A stretch of DNA of 64,000 bases, taken from IMG/VR virus record IMGVR_UViG_3300028591_000071; one strand, 5' to 3'. The notes beneath the pieces are model-generated. The model was given only the letters and a program-made list of their open reading frames with translations. It was not told the DNA's origin and did no database searches. Shown here piece by piece: positions 18,000 to 27,024 of the stretch (its first letter is position 1; every line of letters begins with the position of its first letter). This stretch comes from a virus (Duplodnaviria; Caudoviricetes). A program made the position numbers and the translations under genes.

Positions 18000-18789
18000 C
18001 ATATTCATTGTCAAACTCTTCCATGCTCATTTCCGAGCGGCTGCACCATTCTTCAAGTAGTTGGTCAAACTGAGAATACGGGTCCCATCCCGTTGTGGCG
18101 GCAACATAACAGGTAGTGGCCACAAGTTCGTAACTTATCGTGTTTCCCGGAAAATTCTCAGAGAAAAACCGCCCAATCATCCTTGGCTTCTCAATATTCC
18201 TCGTCTTCATCACATCCTTCAGCGTCGATACATTGACCCAAAAGATTGAACCGAGATAATAGTACCTGTTAAACGGAAGAACCTCGTTCGGCCTCCCGTC
18301 AGTATACCTGCAGTCAGTCATAGGAAAGCCATAGAAAACCTTCGTGTTCTGAACCAACCAATAATCAATCTCCCATTCTCTTGAAAGAGCGTAATAATAA
18401 TTGGAAAATACCCATCTTGCCGTGTTTTCCGTATTGTTACTCTCCCCGCGAAGATGCGAGAAGAATACCAACTTATCGTTGTTGGATTCATTGTCGAGAA
18501 TTTCCTCCTTGAAGTTCTTCGATTCCCTCAGCGATGTGTTTTTCTCAACCACGAACTCAACATTTTCCGTGTAACCAAGCGACATGATGAAATCTACATA
18601 TTCCGATATCAGTTTTGTATTCCCTATAAGGTCTTCCTTGACGGAAAGGATGAATTTTGCCTCATCAAACACGCTCCTCCACCTTTTAATGCAAGCAAAA
18701 TGTACCTTAGCGACAAGAACCTCGCTGCATCGCTGCTGCGGGGTCCTGTCGTCACCAATATAGATGAAAAATATTAATTTTTTACGCAT
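17974..18789 (-). CDS. Unnamed HxKG-family protein (paralogue 4 of 4), translationally coupled to nrdD
   Basis: FFSHLRG, WVFSNYYY, GSIFWVN, RFFSENFPG; the ATG at 18789 overlaps the nrdD stop. Confidence 0.55.
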   Translation of the reverse strand: MRKKLIFFIYIGDDRTPQQRCSEVLVAKVHFACIKRWRSVFDEAKFILSVKEDLIGNTKLISEYVDFIMSLGYTENVEFVVEKNTSLRESKNFKEEILDNESNNDKLVFFSHLRGESNNTENTARWVFSNYYYALSREWEIDYWLVQNTKVFYGFPMTDCRYTDGRPNEVLPFNRYYYLGSIFWVNVSTLKDVMKTRNIEKPRMIGRFFSENFPGNTISYELVATTCYVAATTGWDPYSQFDQLLEEWCSRSEMSMEEFDNEYEKTKSETF

Positions 18790-20959
18790 AAAATCTCTTG
18801 TTGGCCTCAATCTGCCTTGGCTCTGCGAAAGATGAAATCCTCTTTAAATATCCGATAACCCTCGTCAGGTAATCAAGATTCGTACTTCCACAGTGAGGGC
18901 ACTTGTCAAGCGTATGCTTACTGATGAAGCCACAATCATTGCAAACCGTATTCTTAACATTGAATGTAAAATAATTGCAACCATTCTTTGCTGCAACCTT
19001 CATTAACTGACGATATTGTGTCTGAGATAGATGTTCAGCCAAATTTTCATGGCACGCTGAGCCCCCATCCAAATATTGAACAAACTCTTTTCCGTGAAGT
19101 TTCATTTTCTCTATCACGCTTATGGTCTCGTCTTCAGGGTTATAGAAGTATGAACTATAAAGATTCCTGTTAGGGCTTACCCAATAGCCATCCTTCTGGT
19201 CCCACTTGTAATTCTTTGCAGCAAGATTCTCGGCGGGAACAAATTCAGTATTGAACATGCAATCCCTCGTCTTGTCCGCCTTGTTTGCAATGTTGATTGT
19301 TTCAAGGATGTTGTTTACGAACTCCTTGTATTCGTCATTAACGCTAACCTTGATTCCAAGGAACTCTGCCGCATCGGTAATTCCGTTTACACCAACGGTA
19401 AGATATTGCTTCCTCATGTCAATGAACCCTGCACGATATACATCAAGCATATTCGCATTCAAGAAGTCCTTTATTGTCTCGTTGAACGCCGTCTGATACT
19501 TGTGCACACGCTCTGTAAGTTCCCTGACCTCATTCCTTATGAACTCATAAAGTTCGTCCTTATCATACTTAAGTCCCTGTTCGGGAATGTTCTCGCCAGC
19601 GATGAGGGTCTGTCCCTTCGTGCGGAAATACTTTATCGTGGCATCCTGAACAAGTCTCGGAAGGTTCATCGTCATGACGGACTTTGACCCCGTTGCAACG
19701 GATGCTGTTCCCATTGAATATTGGTGTGTGGTATGATTATGCTCCGCATCCTGATTGTCCTTCAGTGAATTTCTTAGTCTGCAGCAGCTACTCAATGAGT
19801 CGGGGCTATCCGAAAGATAGCAGAAGAAACTGTGACCTTCGCTCCACATCTCGGCGGTGAAGTCCGCATATTCCTTATCCATAAAATCATCAGCACCATC
19901 TGTAAGAAGAGCCATCGTTTCAACGGGGAAAGTGAATGTGTATGTAAGCCTCTCATTGTTGAACCACTTCATGAACCTCTTCTGAAGCCATGAAAGAGTT
20001 TCCCACTTAGGGGCAGTTCCATCAGGGAACCTGAAATCTCCGAATACGCCTTCAAAGTAATATTTGTCGAAATAGCCAACATTCCAGAAGACCGTCTGAT
20101 AGCCACGGTTGCCTGCCGGCATGTTCATCGAATGAACAACCTGTTGAAACGCATTGTCAATTACATCTCCAATAGTCCTCTTCTTTCTGCTTAGGTCAAC
20201 AACCTCATCAATGTGATTGATATAGTCCTCGCCATAATCCTTGCGGATGAAATAATCCATATACATAAGGAATTCAGGTGTTGCAACCGCACCCATAAAT
20301 TGAGAAGACACTGAATACACTAAGTTAATGAATTCTCCGCAGAAAGACTTAAGGTCTGTTGGAGCAATCGACTCTCCGCCGAGCCCCTTTAGTCCATTTT
20401 CAAGGAACGGATACATCGTGATTGCTACACAATATGGATATCCTGGCGTTCCGCTTTCATCATGCTTATACAGGATGTGACTTTCAAGGTCTGCAATATA
20501 TTGGTCAGCCAATTTTTTTGAATACATCTTGCGAATCTTATCACAAAGGATGTAACGATTCTGTTTGATGTTGTTTTCCTTGTAGAGTTCCTGTCCCAAT
20601 GTAACGATGTTCTTGTTGCTGACATTAGCATTGGAATCAAACTTTGAGCCGGTTGCCGCATTGGAAGCATTGATGTACTCTTTGATAAAGTCCCTCTTCT
20701 TGTTAAGGTCTTTCCTGTCGTCGTTGTTCTCAATATACGCCTTTGCAACTTTTTTGTTGATGCTCATCAGCGCATTTTCTACCTGTCTCCTGATTTCCGA
20801 ACTACTAATGTTTTCGTAAAGATAAAGACTATTGACGACATTTTCCAACATCTGTTCATCGCAATCTTCGTTCATCGCCTCGAATGCTTTACATATTCCC
20901 CTCTTAACTTTCTCACTTTCAAACTCCTCGATGGAGCCATCACTTTTTCTTACATTCAT
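18782..20959 (-). CDS. nrdD: Anaerobic (class III) ribonucleoside-triphosphate reductase with N-terminal ATP cone
   Basis: VRKSDGSIEEF ATP cone, PYCVA, SSCCRLRN, EFVPAENL, CNDC...CPHC, RVIGYL glycyl-radical loop. Confidence 0.95.
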   Translation of the reverse strand: MNVRKSDGSIEEFESEKVKRGICKAFEAMNEDCDEQMLENVVNSLYLYENISSSEIRRQVENALMSINKKVAKAYIENNDDRKDLNKKRDFIKEYINASNAATGSKFDSNANVSNKNIVTLGQELYKENNIKQNRYILCDKIRKMYSKKLADQYIADLESHILYKHDESGTPGYPYCVAITMYPFLENGLKGLGGESIAPTDLKSFCGEFINLVYSVSSQFMGAVATPEFLMYMDYFIRKDYGEDYINHIDEVVDLSRKKRTIGDVIDNAFQQVVHSMNMPAGNRGYQTVFWNVGYFDKYYFEGVFGDFRFPDGTAPKWETLSWLQKRFMKWFNNERLTYTFTFPVETMALLTDGADDFMDKEYADFTAEMWSEGHSFFCYLSDSPDSLSSCCRLRNSLKDNQDAEHNHTTHQYSMGTASVATGSKSVMTMNLPRLVQDATIKYFRTKGQTLIAGENIPEQGLKYDKDELYEFIRNEVRELTERVHKYQTAFNETIKDFLNANMLDVYRAGFIDMRKQYLTVGVNGITDAAEFLGIKVSVNDEYKEFVNNILETINIANKADKTRDCMFNTEFVPAENLAAKNYKWDQKDGYWVSPNRNLYSSYFYNPEDETISVIEKMKLHGKEFVQYLDGGSACHENLAEHLSQTQYRQLMKVAAKNGCNYFTFNVKNTVCNDCGFISKHTLDKCPHCGSTNLDYLTRVIGYLKRISSFAEPRQIEANKRFYA

Positions 20960-21028
20960 ACTAAAATTGTTTATATAATAAATAAATCTTCCCCGTCTTT
21001 TTGTTCAAAAAATAACGGGGAAAATTCA

Positions 21029-22582
21029 TTATTCAAAGTCTTTTTTTCCTGCCATATCCAAATCTTCTATCCTTCCGATATAGTTTCCGCTAACCTTCTG
21101 TTTTTCAGTAGGATACGAGGTTTTTCCATAATTTTCAGCCCGCTGCTCGTTCTGAATTGACCTTATCTTTCTCGTGCGTTCTTCCTCTTTCTTCTTCGGG
21201 GCTTCATCGGCCCAAGAAAGGTCGTCATATTCCTCTACATCATCACAGGAAATCGTACATGTTCCATTGTCAAATCTAACATTGTTGAAAATCTTTCCAG
21301 ACTTACCTGACCTGTTCTTTAGAACCGATACAACCGCCCTTCCACGGTCAATATCTCCGATACCCCTTGCAATGGATATTATAAGTTGTGCCACATGAAC
21401 TTTCTTTGCAGAGCCACTTGCCTGGTCCATCCTAACGACTTCGGGACTGTTCATGCTGTCCTTTGTTCCTTGAGTAGGAACCCATATTGCTATGTCAAGG
21501 TCATGTGCGATGTTCTCAAGTTTTCTCATTGTTGTTCCTTCGCGTGACCATTCGCTATCAGTCTGATAGCCGCCCTTCTCATGGGCAAGACACTCAAAGT
21601 AGTCAATGATAACCATATCAGGCTTAAACCCGCTGTTGATGAGCCGCTTGATAAACAATTCGATATCCGTTGCGCTCTTGGTCTCGGTCTTGAACCTCTT
21701 AAGCCTGAGGTTCTTCTTGAGCATTTCCTTATTAGCATAGTTTTCAAGAAGTTCGGCCACGCTCTCCCTCTGCTCATCGCTGAGTCGTTTGAATGTTCGT
21801 GCTTCCCTCTGTGTTATCCTTGAAAAATGCTTTCTCGTAACATCAACATCATCATCCTCGAAGTAAATCTGAAGGACTTTAAAGCCCTCATAGTTGTTCT
21901 GCTCGCACTTATACGATGACGCATATGCGGCGATTGCCGTTGTGAAAGATGTTTTTCCGAATCCGGCCGGTGCAATAATGAGACCGATTTTTCCCTTGTC
22001 AAGGCCCCCGCCGAGCACTTCATCAAGTTTATCAACACCTGTCGGTATTGACACCGTGTAATCGCTTGACAATGCCTTCTCCATCAGGTCATATATACTA
22101 TGCCCGAAATCGTCTGAAAGCCCTACCTGTGCCGCCTCGTCGAATATCCTTTGGCACTCTTCATATCTGTCAACATCGCCTTTCGCCGCTATCTCCAATA
22201 TCTTGTTGGCCGCTTTGATAAGGTTTTGCTGTTTGAAAAATCTTAGTGCAATGTCCTTGACCGTATCGCATCCTTCAAATGTGGTTTCAGATTTCAGTTT
22301 CTTTATAAGGGCTACCCATTCTTCCAACTCTATCTTAGTCCGTGAGCGTTCCCTTAACTGTATCTCAACCGTATCGTAATTTGGAACGAGACCATTTTTC
22401 ATGTAATAGTCTTTTAACGTTCCTACGAATGTTCTTAAAAGTGAATCTGTAAATGCATTCGGGTCAATGATTGAAACAAGGTCTTCAAAAAATCTGGGCT
22501 CTTCGATAAAATACTTGGCAAGTTTATACTGAAAGCCTAAATCAAGGTATCCAAGGTTACTTTTATCTACTTCTTTTCCCAT
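21029..22582 (-). CDS. DnaB/gp41-like replicative helicase
   Basis: IPTGVDKLDEVLGGGL, APAGFGKT (Walker A), IIDYFE (Walker B), VPTQ, KNRSG. Confidence 0.9.
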   Translation of the reverse strand: MGKEVDKSNLGYLDLGFQYKLAKYFIEEPRFFEDLVSIIDPNAFTDSLLRTFVGTLKDYYMKNGLVPNYDTVEIQLRERSRTKIELEEWVALIKKLKSETTFEGCDTVKDIALRFFKQQNLIKAANKILEIAAKGDVDRYEECQRIFDEAAQVGLSDDFGHSIYDLMEKALSSDYTVSIPTGVDKLDEVLGGGLDKGKIGLIIAPAGFGKTSFTTAIAAYASSYKCEQNNYEGFKVLQIYFEDDDVDVTRKHFSRITQREARTFKRLSDEQRESVAELLENYANKEMLKKNLRLKRFKTETKSATDIELFIKRLINSGFKPDMVIIDYFECLAHEKGGYQTDSEWSREGTTMRKLENIAHDLDIAIWVPTQGTKDSMNSPEVVRMDQASGSAKKVHVAQLIISIARGIGDIDRGRAVVSVLKNRSGKSGKIFNNVRFDNGTCTISCDDVEEYDDLSWADEAPKKKEEERTRKIRSIQNEQRAENYGKTSYPTEKQKVSGNYIGRIEDLDMAGKKDFE

Positions 22583-22585
22583 ACA

Positions 22586-23344
22586 TTAAAGACTCCCGAA
22601 TGCCGCTCTTGCTGAATCGTTATTCCATTCGTTGATTATTCCATCAACGGTTGTGGTGTAATCCGCACTGTTCTGATAACTGCAGGCGTAACAGATGCTC
22701 TTTATAATGCCATAAACGAGGTCGTTCTTGCCTTCAACCATCTTGTAAAGAAGATACTGCTCGAAAGAAAGACGGTCAATGTCGTCTTCGTCAAATTTGC
22801 CTCTCTTGTTGGAAAGGTCAATCTTGTCGCGGACAAACTTAGGATAGTATCCGTCCCACTCTACGGAACAGACATCCCTCTCGTCAACCCTGAAGGTGAA
22901 TTTGTAAGTCGTCTTGTTTGCCTCGACATCGTTCTCAATCAATTCTCCATCATCGAACTTTCCTTCCAAAGCCTTATACTTTCCTTCTCCCGCATAGAAA
23001 TAGTCGTTCTCGTTATTGCCACGGACAACAAGCCCTTCGCCCAAAGAAAGACGCCCCCAATTCTCCTCGTTGGAGACATATGCCTCAAGTTCCTCGATGC
23101 TGCCGAATGCCTTCGGAGCGTACCTCTCAAGGTAAATTGCGGTCTTATCCTTCAGGTCGTTGTCAATCACACTCGCACAATGGCGGATGGCTGATGTCAG
23201 TTCATATGACTGAAGGGACTTTGGGTTAAACGAATTGATTCTGAAATAACGCTGGCAAATGATGTTGCCTCCCGTGGTTAAAATGAACTCGAACCTTTCT
23301 TTATAGTCGCGCTGTTCGTTCGACTGCTTTTTAATTTCTGTCAT
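22586..23344 (-). CDS. Hypothetical phage protein, co-transcribed with the helicase
   Basis: 252-aa ORF with its own early-type promoter; 4 bp from the helicase start. Confidence 0.7.
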   Translation of the reverse strand: MTEIKKQSNEQRDYKERFEFILTTGGNIICQRYFRINSFNPKSLQSYELTSAIRHCASVIDNDLKDKTAIYLERYAPKAFGSIEELEAYVSNEENWGRLSLGEGLVVRGNNENDYFYAGEGKYKALEGKFDDGELIENDVEANKTTYKFTFRVDERDVCSVEWDGYYPKFVRDKIDLSNKRGKFDEDDIDRLSFEQYLLYKMVEGKNDLVYGIIKSICYACSYQNSADYTTTVDGIINEWNNDSARAAFGSL

Positions 23345-23408
23345 TTATATTTTATAAATAAAGTTAAACATCCCGACTTCCGGTGTCGGTTACCGTTTTT
23401 GTTTAATG

Positions 23409-23437
23409 AATATACAAAAAAATGCTTGTTTGAACAA
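23409..23437 (-). promoter_or_regulatory. Early-type promoter TTGTTC-N17-TATATT
   Basis: Exact match to the recurring motif. Confidence 0.65.
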
Positions 23438-23438
23438 A

Positions 23439-24674
23439 CTAATTTTCGTCAATACTTTCCTTATATCTCCTTATCTCCCTGTTAGCGAGGTCATTAAACT
23501 GTACAAAAAAGTTTGCAAAAGAATTCTTGTCCATCAATTGTTCTATTCCGTCCCGCTTTATCATCGAGTAAAGATTCTCGAATGAACGTCCTTCGGGGTC
23601 TATCGGGGCATACATAAGGGCCTCGATGTCTTCTTCCGCCGATTTTGTGAGTAAAGGGTGTTTCAAGTCTATGATTTTCTCGTTTATCTCGTAGAAATCG
23701 CCGTCATATTCCTTGTTTGACACGCCATTAACTATATTTTCGTGCCATTGAAGCGGTTTCTTCTTCTCGTTAACCCTTTCGTCAATCCTCTCCTGTGCCC
23801 TTTGTTTCACCTCTTCTATCGTTACGGGACGCTCCGCAATCTCGGGCATCAATTCCATCAACCTGTTTTCGGAAAGACCCTTGATGTTCCCTATGTTGTC
23901 GCTTGCATCTCCGCAAAATACTTTCTTGATAAGCACATTCTCTACGGGATATCCCTTAATCCTTTGAAAATTTGACGGCTTCAGATACTTTTTAATCATC
24001 CTGTTATAGACATTGACCGTTGGAGAGATAAGTTGCGTGAGGTCATTATCCGTGCTTACGATGACAACCCTTTCTTCGGGCTTCTTATGAAGTACATAAT
24101 ATGCAATGAAATCATCACCCTCTGTCCTGTCGTCGAAAAGGACCCTTATGTACATCTCAACGCAGTACATCATTATTATATTGCGCTCCCGCTCGAAATT
24201 TTCATCCGCTATCTCCTTTTTCCTTCTCCTCAGCTCCTGTTCAATTTTTTCCTCCTCTGTGAGTTCTTCTTCAGCCTTCTTCTTTTTCTTGTTGTATATC
24301 GCACGCTCCATTCCCTTCAGCGTCCTGTTCAACCTCTTCCAATAGTCGCTTTCCTCTCCGTCTGCTATGAGATGCTTAGCATAATTCTTATCTCTATTTG
24401 CCTTATATTCGTGATAAAGTTGGTAACGGAGTATTCCACTGTCGGTATCGTCAAACACAACATAAACATAATCATACCTTATTTCCCTCATCAATAGTTT
24501 TATCTGAAGGAAGAACTGAAATATTCCGCCGTAATGTATTCCATCCGAATTAATCTTGTCATCGGCCATGGCTTGACGCAAAAGATTATTACCATCTATT
24601 ATTAATGTATAAAACGGCTTTTCTGCTATTTCCGGATGATTATCCTTTATGATTTGTCTAACGGGCTGTCCCAT
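23439..24674 (-). CDS. 5'-3' exonuclease / flap endonuclease (T4 RNase H-like)
   Basis: LIIDGNNL, VVFD, YKANR, EGDDFIA, STDNDLTQL, GDASDNIGNIKG; start reassigned to ATG 24674. Confidence 0.92.
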   Translation of the reverse strand: MGQPVRQIIKDNHPEIAEKPFYTLIIDGNNLLRQAMADDKINSDGIHYGGIFQFFLQIKLLMREIRYDYVYVVFDDTDSGILRYQLYHEYKANRDKNYAKHLIADGEESDYWKRLNRTLKGMERAIYNKKKKKAEEELTEEEKIEQELRRRKKEIADENFERERNIIMMYCVEMYIRVLFDDRTEGDDFIAYYVLHKKPEERVVIVSTDNDLTQLISPTVNVYNRMIKKYLKPSNFQRIKGYPVENVLIKKVFCGDASDNIGNIKGLSENRLMELMPEIAERPVTIEEVKQRAQERIDERVNEKKKPLQWHENIVNGVSNKEYDGDFYEINEKIIDLKHPLLTKSAEEDIEALMYAPIDPEGRSFENLYSMIKRDGIEQLMDKNSFANFFVQFNDLANREIRRYKESIDEN

Positions 24675-24691
24675 GTTGAAATGTTTTATTG

Positions 24692-24720
24692 AATATACAA
24701 AAAAAATCCGAGAAACGCAA
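24692..24720 (-). promoter_or_regulatory. Early-type promoter TTGCGT-N17-TATATT
   Basis: Exact match to the recurring motif; lies within the track's extended N-terminus, supporting the later start. Confidence 0.65.
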
Positions 24721-24785
24721 CGTCTCTCGGATGATAATGTTCTACATTCTTCTATTATTGAGCAGCCCATGTATGTCAAATATAT

Positions 24786-27020
24786 TTATCTGTTTTTATC
24801 TATATTATTATATATCTCGTAAAACTTGTTTTTCACCTCCATTATTGCATTATTTGCACTAATTTGTTCTCTCATCATATTGGCAACGCTATCTATGGTG
24901 TTTTTTACAACCTGTTTTATCGCCAATGGTGAATTTTCATCGGCGGAACCTTTTTCGAGGCCTTCCTTGACAACATACTGTCCGTTGTTCTGCCTTGCAA
25001 TCCATTCCTTAACATCTTTTCCCGCAATTTTCCTATCTTCTTGGAAATTATCTCTTGCTGCTCCGTGTGCTGATACAAGAACATATTTCGGAAGTCCTTC
25101 CTGTGCCGTTCCGCCGCCAACAACCTTTATGTCTCCGTTGTCCCTTCCGTAACATATCCTGCACTTATAGCAGTCAACCTTCGTTGATGAGTCGTTATTT
25201 TTCTCAAGTTTGTAAATTTTTCCGTTGAATGAAACGACTTTCTTGCTTCCCGCCCTTTCACCATTGAACTCACCTACGGTACAAGGCTCGGGAACTTCGC
25301 CCTTTTTCAATTCGGCCTTGCTTGTTTCAACATACTTCATCTTTCCTCTTCCGCAAGGGCACTTATAATAATAACCCGCAAGCCGTCCTTCGTCGACAAG
25401 CGGCATGTACATCGGGGTAATGGAATCACCCGTGAGGGGACCATCATAAGTATCCGTAAGTGCATCGTAATCCTCGGGCTCCACGGCATAGAAAAACCTT
25501 GCAACTGCGGGTGAATTCTGTCCACTGACAAGTCCTTCCTGAGATACATTTAAGACGATGTTTTTCACCTTCTCATAATTCAATGCCCTGCAAGTATAAG
25601 CGGCGACAACAACTCCTGCAAGTTTGAAATCCTCTGCCCACTTATCCCATACATCAACAAGCCACTGTCCGATAAAGTCTCCGTCCTCGTTAAGGCGTAC
25701 GGTGTTGACCCTCTTTGTTTCCCTTAATACGTCAACCACTTCTTCTCCGAACTTTCCCTGAATCTCGCCAATGCTTAGTTTGCTGAGTGAATCCTTGGTA
25801 AATCTTCCTTTATATCCGTTTTTATTCAGCACCTTAAGGGCGGCATCGTAATTGAAAATATATGACCTGATGAGTTCGAGCATAAGGTTTGTCAATGTCT
25901 CGTCATTTTCCGTCTGTTGCCATATAAGACTTGTCCTAAGGTTTCTGTCAAACGTATTGTCATAGTTCTTCTCTGTTGTTCTTGCATAGCAGGCGTCTTT
26001 CAACAGGCACTCATTCCATGCGGGGCATCTAAGTGCAGCACTGAAGTTGATGATGAGCGTATCTTCGTCAATTTTCTGATTTCCGTATGAGAACACGCTC
26101 TTTCCGTCACCGAAGTTAAAGTCCATCCCATAAGTCTTCTTGACATACCTTGCGGCAACCTGTTTTAACTTACCCACCCTTGCAATGTCCACAAGGCCTT
26201 CCTTGCCATTTTTTCCGTTCCATGCGGGGTCTGTTGGCTGAACCTTTACAGGGATTCCCGCAGGGGTGTACCTGTTAACATCATACCCAAGTTTCTCGAG
26301 TTCTGCGTTTATCCACTTAATCCTCGTTCCGTCATAATAAGACTTTATGTCGGCATCTGAGATGTTTGAAAAATCGAGATTGAGTTCATTTACGGGCGTT
26401 GTCCAATCAGCATCCGCCAAATTGACGCCATATCTTGTTGAAAATGACGCAGGCTTGTTCTGCGGTCTGTATAAGAACGTAAGACCTTCCTTGTCAAGAA
26501 AGTCCCTGACCATCAACAAATGTTCCCTCTTGCTTGCGGGAAGCGTATCGAATATATTTTCGGTCTTTTTATTGATGATATTTCCGTTATCGTCCCTTGA
26601 CCTTGTTGCAATCTCCTTTCCGGCCTTGAATTCCTTGTTATGGCCATAAACCATCCTAAGCGTCGGAAGTGCGGATTTAACCCAATCCCCTATTTCCTCG
26701 TTCTTCCTGGTAAGAAGGTCTTCTATCCTTGATGCGACTCCTTTGTTATATTCCTTCTTGTCCAAATTTCCCTTAAGCGAGTCAATGTTGATGCCGTTTT
26801 CTCTCGCCTGTCTGATGATATTGTCTCCCTTGGGGTCTTCATAACCTTCGTCTCCATAACCATCGATGGAAGACTTCGCTTTCTGAGCAAGATAATCCGT
26901 CACCTGCTTGAGTTTGGACGCACCGAATTTACCGGCATTCTTTTCCATGAATATAGACTCGGAAATCTGCCTTTCGACAAACTTCTTCAACTGCTCTTCT
27001 GTTATGTAAACTTTCTTCAT
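24786..27020 (-). CDS. Large protein with a Gp88-like Cys-cluster domain and putative capsid-targeting N-terminus
   Basis: GNQKI...CPAWNECLLKDACYA, VRLNEDGDF, AYT, CPC...DCYKCRIC; N-terminus MKKVYITEEQLKKFVERQISE. Confidence 0.55.
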   Translation of the reverse strand: MKKVYITEEQLKKFVERQISESIFMEKNAGKFGASKLKQVTDYLAQKAKSSIDGYGDEGYEDPKGDNIIRQARENGINIDSLKGNLDKKEYNKGVASRIEDLLTRKNEEIGDWVKSALPTLRMVYGHNKEFKAGKEIATRSRDDNGNIINKKTENIFDTLPASKREHLLMVRDFLDKEGLTFLYRPQNKPASFSTRYGVNLADADWTTPVNELNLDFSNISDADIKSYYDGTRIKWINAELEKLGYDVNRYTPAGIPVKVQPTDPAWNGKNGKEGLVDIARVGKLKQVAARYVKKTYGMDFNFGDGKSVFSYGNQKIDEDTLIINFSAALRCPAWNECLLKDACYARTTEKNYDNTFDRNLRTSLIWQQTENDETLTNLMLELIRSYIFNYDAALKVLNKNGYKGRFTKDSLSKLSIGEIQGKFGEEVVDVLRETKRVNTVRLNEDGDFIGQWLVDVWDKWAEDFKLAGVVVAAYTCRALNYEKVKNIVLNVSQEGLVSGQNSPAVARFFYAVEPEDYDALTDTYDGPLTGDSITPMYMPLVDEGRLAGYYYKCPCGRGKMKYVETSKAELKKGEVPEPCTVGEFNGERAGSKKVVSFNGKIYKLEKNNDSSTKVDCYKCRICYGRDNGDIKVVGGGTAQEGLPKYVLVSAHGAARDNFQEDRKIAGKDVKEWIARQNNGQYVVKEGLEKGSADENSPLAIKQVVKNTIDSVANMMREQISANNAIMEVKNKFYEIYNNIDKNR

Positions 27021-27024
27021 TCTA

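Noticed and set aside
18782-22582. Inteins or introns in nrdD, the helicase or recA
   Set aside because: Lengths are ordinary and no splice-junction motifs or interrupted frames were seen
24675-24779. N-terminal extensions given by the ORF track (also 5420-5470, 12023-12058, 13430-13453, 62162-62248)
   Set aside because: They overlap promoter motifs, IS ends or upstream genes; the downstream ATGs match the family N-termini
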